Shown in pieces: positions 25,579 to 37,787 of a DNA stretch of 56,491 bases. The notes beneath the pieces were generated by a model, which did no database searches, was not told the DNA's origin, and saw only the letters and a list, made by a program, of their open reading frames with translations. The translations under genes were made by a program, and so were the position numbers. Within the stretch, counting starts at the first letter, position 1; each line of letters begins with the position of its first letter. Location: positions 1 through 56,491 of the forward strand of contig JALMLS010000003.1 in NCBI GenBank assembly GCA_038496445.1. The letters run 5' to 3'. The stretch comes from Trichosphaerium sp. ATCC 40318 (lineage: Eukaryota; Protista; Tubulinea).

Positions 25579-26560
25579 TTAAGGCCAAGTCGCTTTTCTA
25601 TCTTTCCCAAAAATTTGAGCCAAATTTCGGTAGACAGTCTTTGTTGTACGTACCCGATCAAGTAAAGGATCCGCTTGCATATTGTCGTCAGGTGCTTGAA
25701 TAGATCCTATTAAAGGATTTCGTGATATATCAGCTGTAATTATTAGCAATCTAACGTTGAACAAATCTTCAAAAAAAAGAAGTTAAAAAAACGCACTTGA
25801 AATGATTGAAGTGTCATCTTTATGTTGCCAGCGTGCTTTATACCACGCATGTATTTTTTGTAATACAATACGTAAACATATTAACGCCTATAGTATGTTT
25901 TTAGTACAATAAAATATCACATGTGACTCATTGTTAACTAAAAAACGAAGACATTTTCGAAATTAATTAATAGTCAAATGTCAAAATACTGATAACGTAC
26001 AGCAAAACAAACGCATGCAAGAATATCATTGGCTTGGTGTACGAATATTTCCAGGTTTGCAAGTTTATTGACCTCTTTAGTAATGAGTACTGTTCTAGTT
26101 ACGACAACTGCTTCGAAAATCTAGTAGAAAATTATTCTCATATTCTGTGTAAACGTGCTTTAAACTGCGTGGTACAATAAGTTGTATTTTGTTTAGCGTG
26201 AGCTGCAACCATTTCGAGTTATTAAGAAAAAAGGTAAAAGCATTTTCTGGTAGTTACAAATAAAGTTATCGTTTAGAAGTGTTGTTTAGTACTATAGTGT
26301 GCGAGTGATAGTATAAACTCGCGTTATAAACTTGTATTTTAGTCCGATAGGACATTTCGAATGAATAATAAGCGTACGCAAATAAGTATAAGGAAGTAGG
26401 CATTGCGCTTAGATGAAACAGGGCTGCCTAAGAAGGAATACCTAAATAAAGTGTTAACTTTGATGCCTGATACACTAGAACGGATTTTTCGCATGTAGAT
26501 ATACCATTCGTGAGCTAATCGAGTTTCGTTTGGTTCTGCTGTGCTGCGCAATTGCATTTT
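25579..26560 (-). CDS. Hypothetical multi-exon protein
   Basis: Exons NLEIFVHQANDILACVCFA / ALICLRIVLQKIHAWYKARW / DISRNPLIGS...KATWP* joined by plausible introns. 5' end uncertain. Confidence 0.35.
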
Positions 26561-26706
26561 GTCGCTTTCTTATTCCTTTGGTGTCATATAGAATGTGTAA
26601 CGATGAGATATCTGTGTTCAAGCAAATTGAGGTTTTTTGCAGTCAAAACCTGGCCACATAACCTTAACAGTTACCACAACCCTTACAACGTACACCAACT
26701 ACAAGC

Positions 26707-28623
26707 ATGCTAAGTAGAGCTATTATCCCTGTATTGGTACGTTCCCATGTTTGCTCCTGTTGATGCTAACGTCTCTTTTAGAGTAAAGCGCCTAGACAGC
26801 GTATCTCACAGCTCAAAAACACAACTAGGGCTCAGGTAACGAGTTTTACGCCTTGTAAGCAAAATAGTACTGACCCACTACAAGAGTACGTCCGCTGTAG
26901 ACCAAACACAGTTTAAACGCTGGGTACGCTATAAGTTAGCCTTCTACACTACTATATCTAATAATGATTCCAGATTGGTCCCAAAGCTGGTTTCGTTGGA
27001 GCTCTAGCCAATACGCCGCTCATTCACCTCAAAAACCTGTCTAAAGAAACAGGATGCAATATTGTGGCAAAAGCAGAGTTTATGCAGCCTGGTACGCTTA
27101 TTTAACACTTAAACGAGCATCTGGCACCTGCGGAGAAGTTATTCCGCCATATACCAAGTTTCTGAGCCACCGAAAATCGCGCCAGTGTGACATTCCAGAC
27201 CTCGTGCTTACATCACTTTCCTAATTTGATCAAAGGTGGTTCAGTGAAGGACAGAGCTGCACTTGCAATTATTTCTGATGCTGAGAGGCAAGGACTTATA
27301 AAAGAAGGTGGAACAGTTGTAGAAGGTACGTTACTCTTAACTACCAGATGTGTTGTATCATTTTTGCTGACTGAATATCGTTTAGGCACAGCCGGAAATA
27401 CTGGTATTGGTACGCTCACGCTACATCCTGACATTGACCAGTTGGTAATTTTAATATGTGACCCTAGGTATGGCGCACGTGTGCAAAGCTAAAGGATACA
27501 ACTTGGTTATTTACGTATCCACCATTTGCTTTGTTTCCAATTTTAGTAAATCGCAGTTAATTTTCTTGACTTGATACAGATGCCAAATACTCAATCGCAA
27601 GAAAAAATTGATTTACTACGTGCTCTTGGAGCAGAGGTCCATCCAGTACCTGCAGGTATAAATGAAGTGTATTGTTTTAGTATCTTATTGTTTTACGCAC
27701 TAGTGCCGCTTGCTGACCCACAGAATTATAATCATCAAGTGCGTTTGCTTATTATTGTACCTTGTTTAGCTAACATATTAAAAGGCAAAACGACATGCTG
27801 AGAAGTTAGATAATGCTGTTTGGGGTAATCAATTTGATAACGTTGCCAACAGAGACTTTCATATTGTCACTACTGGACCTGAAGTACTTATACATCTTCT
27901 ACAAGCACTTCGAGAATGAAAGTTAATGTATTACCTTGTAGATATACGAACAAATGGAAGGCAAGGTAGATGCCTGGACTGTTGGAACTGGTACAGGAGG
28001 TAAGTTTTACTATACTCTAAACTCTTTTTTGATTCACTTGTGAATAACATTATTCAGGTACATTTGCTGGAGTTGCAAAGTACTTAAAAAGCAAGAACGA
28101 AAAAATTAAATGTGTTTTGGCTGATCCTCCTGGTTCTGTACTTTATAGCTACTACAAGACTGGAAAGCTTGAGAGAACAGGAGATGGATCCATAACAGAA
28201 GGAATTGGTCAAGGTATTATCTATTAAGTTTAGAACGAGAGGTTCAAAGCGTTTTTAGGGCGTGTAACCGAAAATATGAAGGAAGCATTCGTCGATGATG
28301 CTGTACACATCACAGATGATCGTTCTGTCGAAATGGTGTTCAGACTGCTAATGGAGGAAGGATTATTCGTAGGCGCTTCTTCAGCATTGAATATTGTTGC
28401 TGCGTACGATGTCGCTAAGAGTATGGGGCCAGGGTAAGTATTTAAATAGAACATGCTGTTTTTGGAATAAATATTCTGACTTTCTTGTAGACATAATGTG
28501 GCCACTGTTCTTTGTGATGGTGCTTACAGGTACCAATCAAGATTATTCAGTAAGAAGTGGCTGCAAAGCAAGAACTTGTTCGATACGTTGCCTGAAAAAT
28601 ACCACTCATTATTGGCTGAATAA
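26707..28623 (+). CDS. Cysteine synthase (O-acetylserine sulfhydrylase, PLP fold II) with probable N-terminal transit peptide
   Basis: [23 protein letters not shown] (PLP Lys), [39 protein letters not shown]. ~13 introns. Confidence 0.93.
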
Positions 28624-28819
28624 GCAAAGATTTTTTGAATAAAAAAATGTACTATCAGTTAGAGAAACTAGTGTCGTTATTGTTGAGTCATTTAAATATT
28701 TCCAATCATACTGATTTTTATCGCACGTTTTTTTACACGTGACTGTTCTTGAAATTTACAGTAAAGCCAGTTTACTACTCGTTAGTACCTAATGAAAGCA
28801 AAAGCCAAGTAAGATTAAC

Positions 28820-30043
28820 ATGCGATTGAAAATGCAAAATCCCATTAGTCTATTAAACCTTTGGAGCTGCAGCTCGATATTTTAGATTTAGACTTCATTG
28901 TTTATTCGAAGTGGCCGCTATTGTCAAAGCACACCGCAACAACAACGAGATTTGATGCTGACTTTAAAAAAAATGGTAAATGGTTGAAAAAAACCTATGA
29001 AGAAAATGATCCAAGCAATTCAAAATTATTATGTCGAGAGTATTGGATACAAGGTGAACTTGAAGGAGAGTGCACTCACTGGCTAAAAAACGGACAATTT
29101 AGTAAACAATATCATTACGTCAATAATAAGCGTGAGGGAGAGTACAAGGAGTGGCACAACAATGGACAATTGCTGGAGCATGGTACTTATGTCAATGATA
29201 ACCGACACGGAGAGTACAGATTTTGGTATTCCAATGGTCAATTGCGTAGACAAATCTACTATATTAATGGCAAAAAAGAAGGAGAATACAAAGAGTGGCA
29301 CGACAATGGACAATTAGAAAAAAAGTACTTTTACAAAAAAGGTAAAAGAGAAGGAGAGTACAAGCAGTGGTTTCGTTCAGGGACACAATTACGTGAACAC
29401 AGCTACTATGTCAATGATAAATTACAAGGAGAAAAAAAGTGTTGGGGCGCAAATGGTAAATTAGATAGTCAATGTAGTTACATTAATGGCAGGCGAGAGG
29501 GAGCACACAAAACATGGTATACAAATGGTCAATTGCAGTTTCAGGGGTATTTTGTTAAGGGTGTATGTGAGGGAGAACACAAACGTTGGTATGATAGTGG
29601 TCAGCTATATTTTCAAAAAGCATATGTCCATGGATTTGAAGAGGGTGCATGCATGCATTGGAGTAGAGTTGGAATCATGACAAAGCAATACTATTATAAA
29701 CACGGCAAGCTTGAAGGAGAAGCCAAGGCTTGGTATGGCAATGGTACTTTGTGGGCAGCAGATCATTTTGTGAAAGGTAAAAAAGAGGGAGAGAGCAAGG
29801 TGTGGTATTCTAACGGACAGTTACAGTATCTTAATAATTATGTTAATGGTAAGGTAGGTGTACAAAAGAATTGGTATAAAAGTGGGGAATTAAAAAGGGA
29901 ATGGTATTGTTTTAATGATAAATTTGAAGGAGAGTCCACTGGTACAAAAATGGTAAATTAAAGGGTTTATGTCGCTAAAAAATATGTCAGAGAGCAAGGC
30001 ATGGTATGAAGATGGCACAGTAAATGAGAAATTGTACAATTAA
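28820..30043 (+). CDS. Intronless F-box-like + MORN-variant repeat gene, frameshifted at both ends (possible pseudogene)
   Basis: PLELQLDILDLDFIVYSKWPLLSK...KKNGKWL is homologous to the N-terminus of the 4637-6398 gene. ~13 intact repeats. The ATG is out of frame (~28856). Broken repeats HWYKNGKL and ESKAWYEDG continue past 29935. Confidence 0.8.
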
Positions 30044-30173
30044 CTAATACCAATAAACTCTTTGTGAAACATGGTGACAATAGGAATTTATTGAGATAAA
30101 CAGCATCATGTATTACAAAAGCTTTCAAATGAATATGACTGCCCAAAATGTAAACCATCTGTAGTCATTACCA

Positions 30174-32542
30174 TCATTCGAGGCCTTCCCAAGAATCTGG
30201 CCATTCTCTTCCCCAACCTGTTCAACCAACATTTAATAACAAAAAGTGAAATACAAACTCAACATTTTCACAAAGTGTTGTTAGTCGGCGTGTTATATTT
30301 TAATAGGGTTTTAACCACCAAAGTAATGATATTTAAAGATGTAAAGGGAACAAATTGGAAAAAGAAAAGAAGAAAATAATAAAGAGAAAAGAGTTACTGG
30401 TTTCACTTGCCATGGTTTGCTACAGGTATGTTTGTAAAATGATCCATAACAGAATACCTCTCAGGATACTTGTAGGATGTCCAATACACTTTTTTATCGT
30501 TTTCAATATGCTTCATGTAGCCTCGTAATCTTGTGATATATCCACTATAAGTTGACAGCCTTATTAAGAGTTAAACGAAAGTGAATAACTCTTGCATGCG
30601 AGTATAATCAATAATAAATGCACTTACAGAGTACCCACAAACGCCCTTCCTTGGGTGCATACTATCATCTCTGCTGGAGGAACCCATATTTTCTTTACGC
30701 CATTTGGGTGCAAGTGTGAGAATTGACTCCAATACACAATATTATAACGTGCAGAAAACACAGGGAGAAACTCAGCTTCAAACGTATGAGGGTCTTCATC
30801 AGTAGACACATAAATTGTTTCCCCTTCCTAAAGGACCTTAGTTTGCTGGATTGTCAACGAAAGAACATATAAATGTTAAACCTTTTTCTGTTGCAAACGA
30901 AGTGCGGAATAAAATAAGAAATAAGAATGACAACTTACTCCAAACAATTCTAAAGTATTTTCGAATATCACTTTAGGCTTTAAATTTCTTTGGTCCTTGT
31001 ATTCTTAAGAGTAGTGGTAAGGCAACGTGATGGGCAAAGATAGCAAATAAAGAAAATTACTACTTTACATACGCAAATCGCCTACGATAGTGTAGCGTTG
31101 AGAATGATGGAGGTAAGCAGGCTAAAATTCTTGAAGCAATTTCATATATCTCTCTACGAAAATGAACGTGATCCTGGGTACCATTACGCCAAACATCGTA
31201 CTCGTCTTGAAAAAAAAGTGCACAAATTTTCAATCAAAATTCAATGTTTGGTTGACCACGTGCCTTGACAAGTTGACGAATTTGTGTATAGAGGGGATTC
31301 GTTTGTTCAAAATAGAACCAGGAGTAAAAGTGATTGAAAAGTGTAGAAGGAGGGAAGTACAGAACATACGATGTGTTGAATCCTAAACGAAAAAAATGGT
31401 TAACCAAAGTAAAGGCATGTTCATTGTTTTTGGACGTACCTGGTACACTAAAAGAGTCGTAGGTGATTTCTGCTCTTATATGTATTAGTTTACGCATTTG
31501 CTTATATTCAAGTGTATCCTTTACAGGGCTCTTTGGCCAAACAAACTGTGTGACTTGATGTGGAACATTCTTCCATTCACAAATAGTAACATCCTTGTTT
31601 TTCTTTTCCCACCAATTTGCAGAACCATGGCCCTTAGATATCTCAACAAAATATTCATGTGATATAACAGGAACGCCTTTCTTCATGTCCTTATAATCGT
31701 AGACCTTCAAATAAAGTCAATACAAAAAAGAAAAAAACTGTAAGTGGCGTACATCTTCGTATCCTTGTTTGTCACGGATAGGATATTGGATGTACTTTTT
31801 AGGTACTACTAAAGTACGTTTAGTAATAAAGCTCATTACATAGACCATTTCAAGAGATATACGACGATTATTAAGCCCAGCTTGCCTAGGTTCCGGTGTT
31901 GTTAGTCAGCTGACAGAAAAACTACTACTCACCATGGAATAAATGCAAGAATTCTCGATTGATCTAACGGTTTGAGATTTTTATTTGGGTTCCAATATTT
32001 CATGTACTCAAACCATTTGTCTGTGAAAAAAAATTCGTTACTCAACCAAAAAAAAAAAACAAACTTACTGTGGACTAGTTCAATATCAGGAAGCTTGCAC
32101 TGGCTTGGTTCTTGTCCGTTTACTCCGTAGCTTGGAGGGCGATTGGGGTCATTTTGTAAGTTAATTATCGGTTTTGTAGAAGCAACGTTCTGATTCTAGT
32201 CAAGTGTTACAATAACATTAACAAAAGGTGCAAAGGCAAAATGTCTGATCAGACTTAATTTTATGTGAAATACGCAGCAGGTCATCTGATTTGAAGCTGC
32301 TGCGTAGTAACAAACAAGTAAACACGTGCTAATAAGCACGTTGAGGAAACAACGATGGTATTACTCGACCATGAAATATGTTTTGGTTCTAAATATTTTT
32401 TGTTTGTTGTTACGTTAGTATTATCTATAGCCAGGTATTTTTTGATGTGATGGGTACTTCTTGAATGAAAAAAGATGATATACAGCATAAAAGTTAGCAC
32501 CGCCATGCCGCCAATGAATCCTTTAATATATTTCCCTCTCAT
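30174..32542 (-). CDS. Type II membrane O-fucosyltransferase-like glycosyltransferase (GT-B, POFUT-like)
   Basis: N-terminal signal anchor; AGLNNRRISLE, FVSTDE, EMIVCTQGRAFVGT..STYSGYITRLRGY motifs. Multi-exon. Confidence 0.75.
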
Positions 32543-32800
32543 GTGTCACGTGGTTTCAAATCAAAAAACACGTGCCAATAAAAAGGCAGGCTAACAACTT
32601 TTTAGTCAAACGCAGCTCTATCTATTTGCAAACCTCCTAATTAAGCAACGTTACCTTAGCACCGCTGCATACTCTAATGTTTTGTACAAAGAGTATGGGT
32701 AATAAATCAAATAGCATACTAGAGTACGTTTCCTTTAACAATACACAACGAAATTACGTATTTCGACATCTTTTTTGTCTAATCCTTTTTTGAAGGGCCA

Positions 32801-34082
32801 CTGGAATTGCTTTCCTTACCTACAGAAATTATATTTTGTATACTAGCGCTATTGGGTAAGAAATGCCGTATATCTGCAACGTTTGTTTGTAAACTGTTTT
32901 CTACAATCATTAGAATGCATTTGGGGTATTTAAACGTGACTGCAAGCTCAAGAAGGGACTTACTAAAACTACGAGAAAGTCCTCTTTTACAAAATACAAA
33001 AGTAGTTGTTCATTTTCAAGGTTTAGAACTGACTGATGATGACTTTAAGTATCTCTGGTGTCCGCCACCTTGAAATAAAGGGTCAAATATCATTTACAAA
33101 TGCTATGTTAGAACATATTTCAGGTGTACGTCATTTGAAAATAGAGACACGTGTATGTGAATGCAGTTTTAAATCAATTTGTGGTGTTCGTAAATTAAGC
33201 ATACGAGGGTATTTAAACGATGAATGGCTTGAACAACTTGGCAATATTCACACAGTTGATATATTAGGGACAAATGTAACAGATAAAGGACTTGCTGCAC
33301 TCTCTGGAGTGCACACTATTAACTTACAATATTGCCGCAAAATCACTGATAAAGGTGTTATAGCCATTTCAGGTAGCGTATACAAGATTCAGTGTGATGG
33401 ATGTTATATTACAGACAAAAGTGTAAAAGCACTGATAAATGCAAGTATGATATCGTTTAAATACTGTACAAGCATTACAGATGAAGGACTACAGTATTTG
33501 CTAAAACGAAATCAAACAACAAACAAGATTAAACAAATAGCACTTGATGTTGTAATCAAATATCAAGCTCTGTATTGAAACTGCTGGCTGGTATACCCTA
33601 TGTAGAGTTTTACTCTTGTACTACATATTTAACAGATGATGTTTTGTATTGTTTAGCAGGTATACACCATATTGCCTTGAATCAATGTACATCTGTAACA
33701 ACTGATGGGATAAAACAATTGGCAGGTGTAAAATTGATAGATATCTCAGATATTGATTGTGTTGACGACAGTACCTTGGAGGCTCTTGCTGGAGTACATA
33801 CAATTTTTCTTGATGAGACATCCGTGACAGATGAAGGTATAAGACACATAGCTGGAGCTAATGTCATAAGTCTTCGAGAATGTAAGCACATAACTGACAA
33901 AGGACAGTCTTATTGGTGTTAACAAGCTTGATCTTCTTAACTGCAAACAAATCACAGATGATGGAATTGTTAACTTACCAAGCCTCAATTACATTAATTG
34001 TATTGGTACTCAAATAAGACAGAAAATTATTGATCGTCTAGGATGCAAAACAGACGTGGGGAACTTTTGGCCTGAATTTTAA
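32801..34082 (+). pseudogene. Intronless F-box + LRR (FBXL-like) gene with three frameshifts and no clear ATG
   Basis: LLSLPTEIIFCILALL...VCKLF F-box and LRRs of type INLQYCRKITDKGV. Frame jumps at ~33055, ~33547 and ~33905. Ends WPEF* at 34082. Confidence 0.8.
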
Positions 34083-34479
34083 GTTGGTAGTGCTTCTATC
34101 ATTAAGCCCAGTTTAAATGACATCACAGTTCAAAATCTTGATTCGAGTAGAGCTCAACAATAAATATCTAGTTCGTGTGCACGATCTTAGTTCCTTACTT
34201 TGGCTTGTTCATGCAAGCAAGTTTAAAGTTGAGATGCTTAATATTGTTGTGTTGGTACATGAATGATTTTAAAAGAGCATGCTGCTCAAGGTTTAAGGTA
34301 TGAGCATAGCAGGTAATAACACTTTGACTGGTTGACGATTTAACCACGCTTTTCTATATACCTTGCATTGACATGTTCAATTACAGCGGTTTTGGTTTGA
34401 AACTTCGACAGCGACGCAATCTATCATTATTATTTAATTATACTCTAATATCTAGCAGTTTTACATGTACGCCATAAAT

Positions 34480-36968
34480 TCAAACTACCGAATCGCGCCA
34501 AGTAGTTTGGTCAAACGCTAAGTTGGGGGTTTTTTTGTTCTTTTTTATTGTTAAATATTCTATAGTTACACTTTTGTAATCTTGCGGTAGTAAAAGAAGA
34601 ATACTAGCACAAGTATTATTGTATATAGTAAATCTGCTACAAGTAGAACAGTGCCCTAAACAAAGAAAAAAATGAGAAAACGATGGAAATGTCATTCTAG
34701 AAAAAACTTTGAAAACTAAAACATACTGCCCACACAGGAAGAAAAATCGTTGTTACTACTCCAAGAAGAATAACCCAGAATACCCACAATATAAAGTACA
34801 CTAAGAGGAAATAGATATGTCAGATAAGAACCGTTTAATAAAAACGCAGAAAAAAAAAAAAGTGTTCAAAATACCTATTCCAAGAATGAGCATAATAAGG
34901 CCTTTGTGCATTGCCAAAGATCCAAGCTTTATCGGTGTAATAAATTGAACAACACAAAAAATCACAATAGCAAGAGCCCAAATACTACCAGGCACTAATA
35001 ACACATATATCCAACCTTTAAAAAACAAAGCAAGTTAGCAAACTATTGAAAAAAAAAAAGAAGATAGGGTCGGTACCTGGAAATCCTTCAAGACTGCACC
35101 CAGCATCGTTTCCTGGACTTCCCCTAATAGTAATATTAGATATGTTTACATATTATGGTAGTAAACAAACGTACTGTTTTACAAAAGAACCACATTTAGA
35201 CCAAGATAAAATTGGGTTCATGTTTGAGCCACGGTATCCTTGCATTGAAACACAAACGTCTCCGTTTGTTTGATGTGTAATTTCGAGAACACCATACTGG
35301 TTTGTATAGTGAAAATCATATGCTTTACAACCTAAGAGCCAAAATGTTAACAACAAAATATGCAGACCGAAAGCACATTTGTTTAACATTGCTTTATTTA
35401 TTTGGACCTTACCTTCTGAGAATGGTCCTCCTTTCGATGAACCTACTCTATCGTATGGAGCAGCTTGGAAAATAGGAAACCCAGCGCCACCACCATCAGC
35501 GTAATCCGAGTTTGCACCTAGAAAACAAACAGTTAGCAATTATTTCTTATACAAATTACAAACAAAAAACAGACTCACCATTATCAATAGCAAGCATATG
35601 TGCGTCTCCTGAAATTGAAATGAGGTTTGTTACACCGTGAGTTTTTATCATATTAGCCACTCTACGTCTGTCAGCCTCGAAACCCATCCAATTATCGTCG
35701 CCCTGAAAAAAAAAAGATTAGTTACACAAGAACAATGATAACAAAAGGACGTACAGCTTTTGGTTTGCCAATCCATGGTTGTGGATTAGCCCATACCATG
35801 AGAGAGTAGTTGTTCCATTGAGATAACTCGTTATCAAGCCAAGTGAATTGACCTTCACTCATAATGTTACCACCTTCTACAGCCTTAAAAATCCTGTAAG
35901 TGTCAACTCAAAATAACTATATCACATGCCTCAGAACGGACATCGCTTATAATAAATCTAACATTATTGATTGTAAAGGCTTGATTGATACGCGCAATAT
36001 CATCAGAAGCTAATGAGGAGAATCAATAAAGCAACAAAACGTCAAAATTGGAAGATTTCAAAAGCAGCAAGTGTCAGAACACGTACGATTCAACTCGAGT
36101 GGGTAGTGAGGAAAGTACCGTCTATACGCTTGGCTTGAAGCTCCTAAACTAGGGGATGCAGAGTCTGCATTGTTTGGTCCAAAATCGTGGTCATCCCATA
36201 TGTATGCCATTGGTAGTGAAGTGAAAAGTTTTCTTTGACGGTTTTGTCTGAAAGTCAGTTCATATGCTTGACGGAATAATGAAATGTCATTTTTGGCTAT
36301 ATCCTGGTAATGTAGATCACCCAAATGAAACCACATATCAGCATTATGCTTAGCAATAGCATCAAATACACCTGAATGACGTCAGATGCAGACCAGAGCC
36401 AAAACGATAAAATAAAGCGTTTGTTGATATTTGGTTGAAAGCAAGTAACTATCATTGACGCAGACAGCTTCTGAATACAAAGAGGGACCACAGATTAGTA
36501 AACGTACCATTGTTTGAACCACTTGTTGCACAAGATCCGACAATTAATTTCATGTCTTTTGTAGTGTTAGTGAACGTCTTGAATGTAGCAACATCGCTGC
36601 TGGACGCTCCATAGTAATAGCGTGTATCGGGTGTTAGATTGTTGTATGCCCTTTTAAAAGGGTCTGAAACAATAGAATCAGTCGTCAATGGCGAAGAGAG
36701 GTCCGGTTGGAGGCTTAGGAATAATTGTTGGTTCATCTTCGCTATTGTGTTCTTAGTACGCTTGACGCCGTTTATATAAAGCGCTGTAGCAATGCTACAC
36801 TGTAAAATAACAAAACTACCCAAAACAGTAGAAAGCGGTAAGGTGCCTTATATTTTACGTACAACTAATTGATATTGTGGCTTGGGTATCCGTTACGCCA
36901 CCTGCCCATAATATGTTTGCACAACAGACTCCAATGAGGACCAATATAAATACAGTTACGCGCAACAT
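34480..36968 (-). CDS. PhoD-family alkaline phosphatase/phosphodiesterase with signal peptide and C-terminal TM helices
   Basis: HLGDLHYQD, IWDDHDFG, ISGDAHM metal motifs, signal peptide MLRVTVFILVLIGVCCA, hydrophobic final exons. Confidence 0.88.
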
Positions 36969-37049
36969 AACGTACTGTTGTGGTATGATATGTGGTACTG
37001 TAGTAAATGAATTATAAAGACTAGCGCCCTTTTTCAGCTGAAACGAAAA

Positions 37050-37505
37050 ATGAAAACCATTAAATCAATGTTCAGCATAGGCGTAAGCGAGTCTCCGCCA
37101 GGCTACTATGTACCGGCTAAAAAGGATTCAATGACTACTTATGTAAAGGTATGTAGCGTTTTGTTAGCGATTTAATGCTCACTGGGTAGTTAGCTGGTTG
37201 ATGGTAGCAACAACGTAAACGTTGCGTTAGTGTGCTCCAAAAAAGGAGCGCAATACCATTATAACCCTGTACAGGCACAAAACAGCAGCTCTGGATGTTA
37301 TTCTGGCGGAGAGCCTATTCATGTTGACACAACGGAAGACAAAGTTTCACAGCTTGTCGAATTTGTAAAATCAGTAAACGCGCACCAAGGAGCAGGAAGA
37401 ATGATGGGAATGGGTATTTTATACGTAAACGGCGAAAAGAAAAAGCTATCAATGTCAACAACTAACTCGGTAACCGCTAAGATTAAAGAATTGTTTTGGA
37501 GCTAG
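37050..37505 (+). CDS. Small hypothetical protein (2 exons)
   Basis: ATG 37050, intron ~37149-37193 (GTATGT...TAG) keeps frame to TAG 37505. Confidence 0.6.
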
Positions 37506-37787
37506 TTTAGTTCTATTGTAAAATAAAGTTCGGGTGTTTTACCCATACTTTAGTGAAAGGCTATTCCTCGCGTTTTGAGATGCAAGAAGCAGCTTTGAGG
37601 CTGGTTTCGCAAAGCAGATTTTGTATTAGTCGTGATCAGTCGTTAGCCAGCATCTATTGCAAAACAACCCTTTGACCCACACCTGCCTTGTACGTACAAT
37701 AAGGTAGCAATTGGCTCCAACTATTAATAGTAGTTATTTTTGATTGCTGACAATGAACAGGATAACTCGTATAAGCGAAGCGCTACG

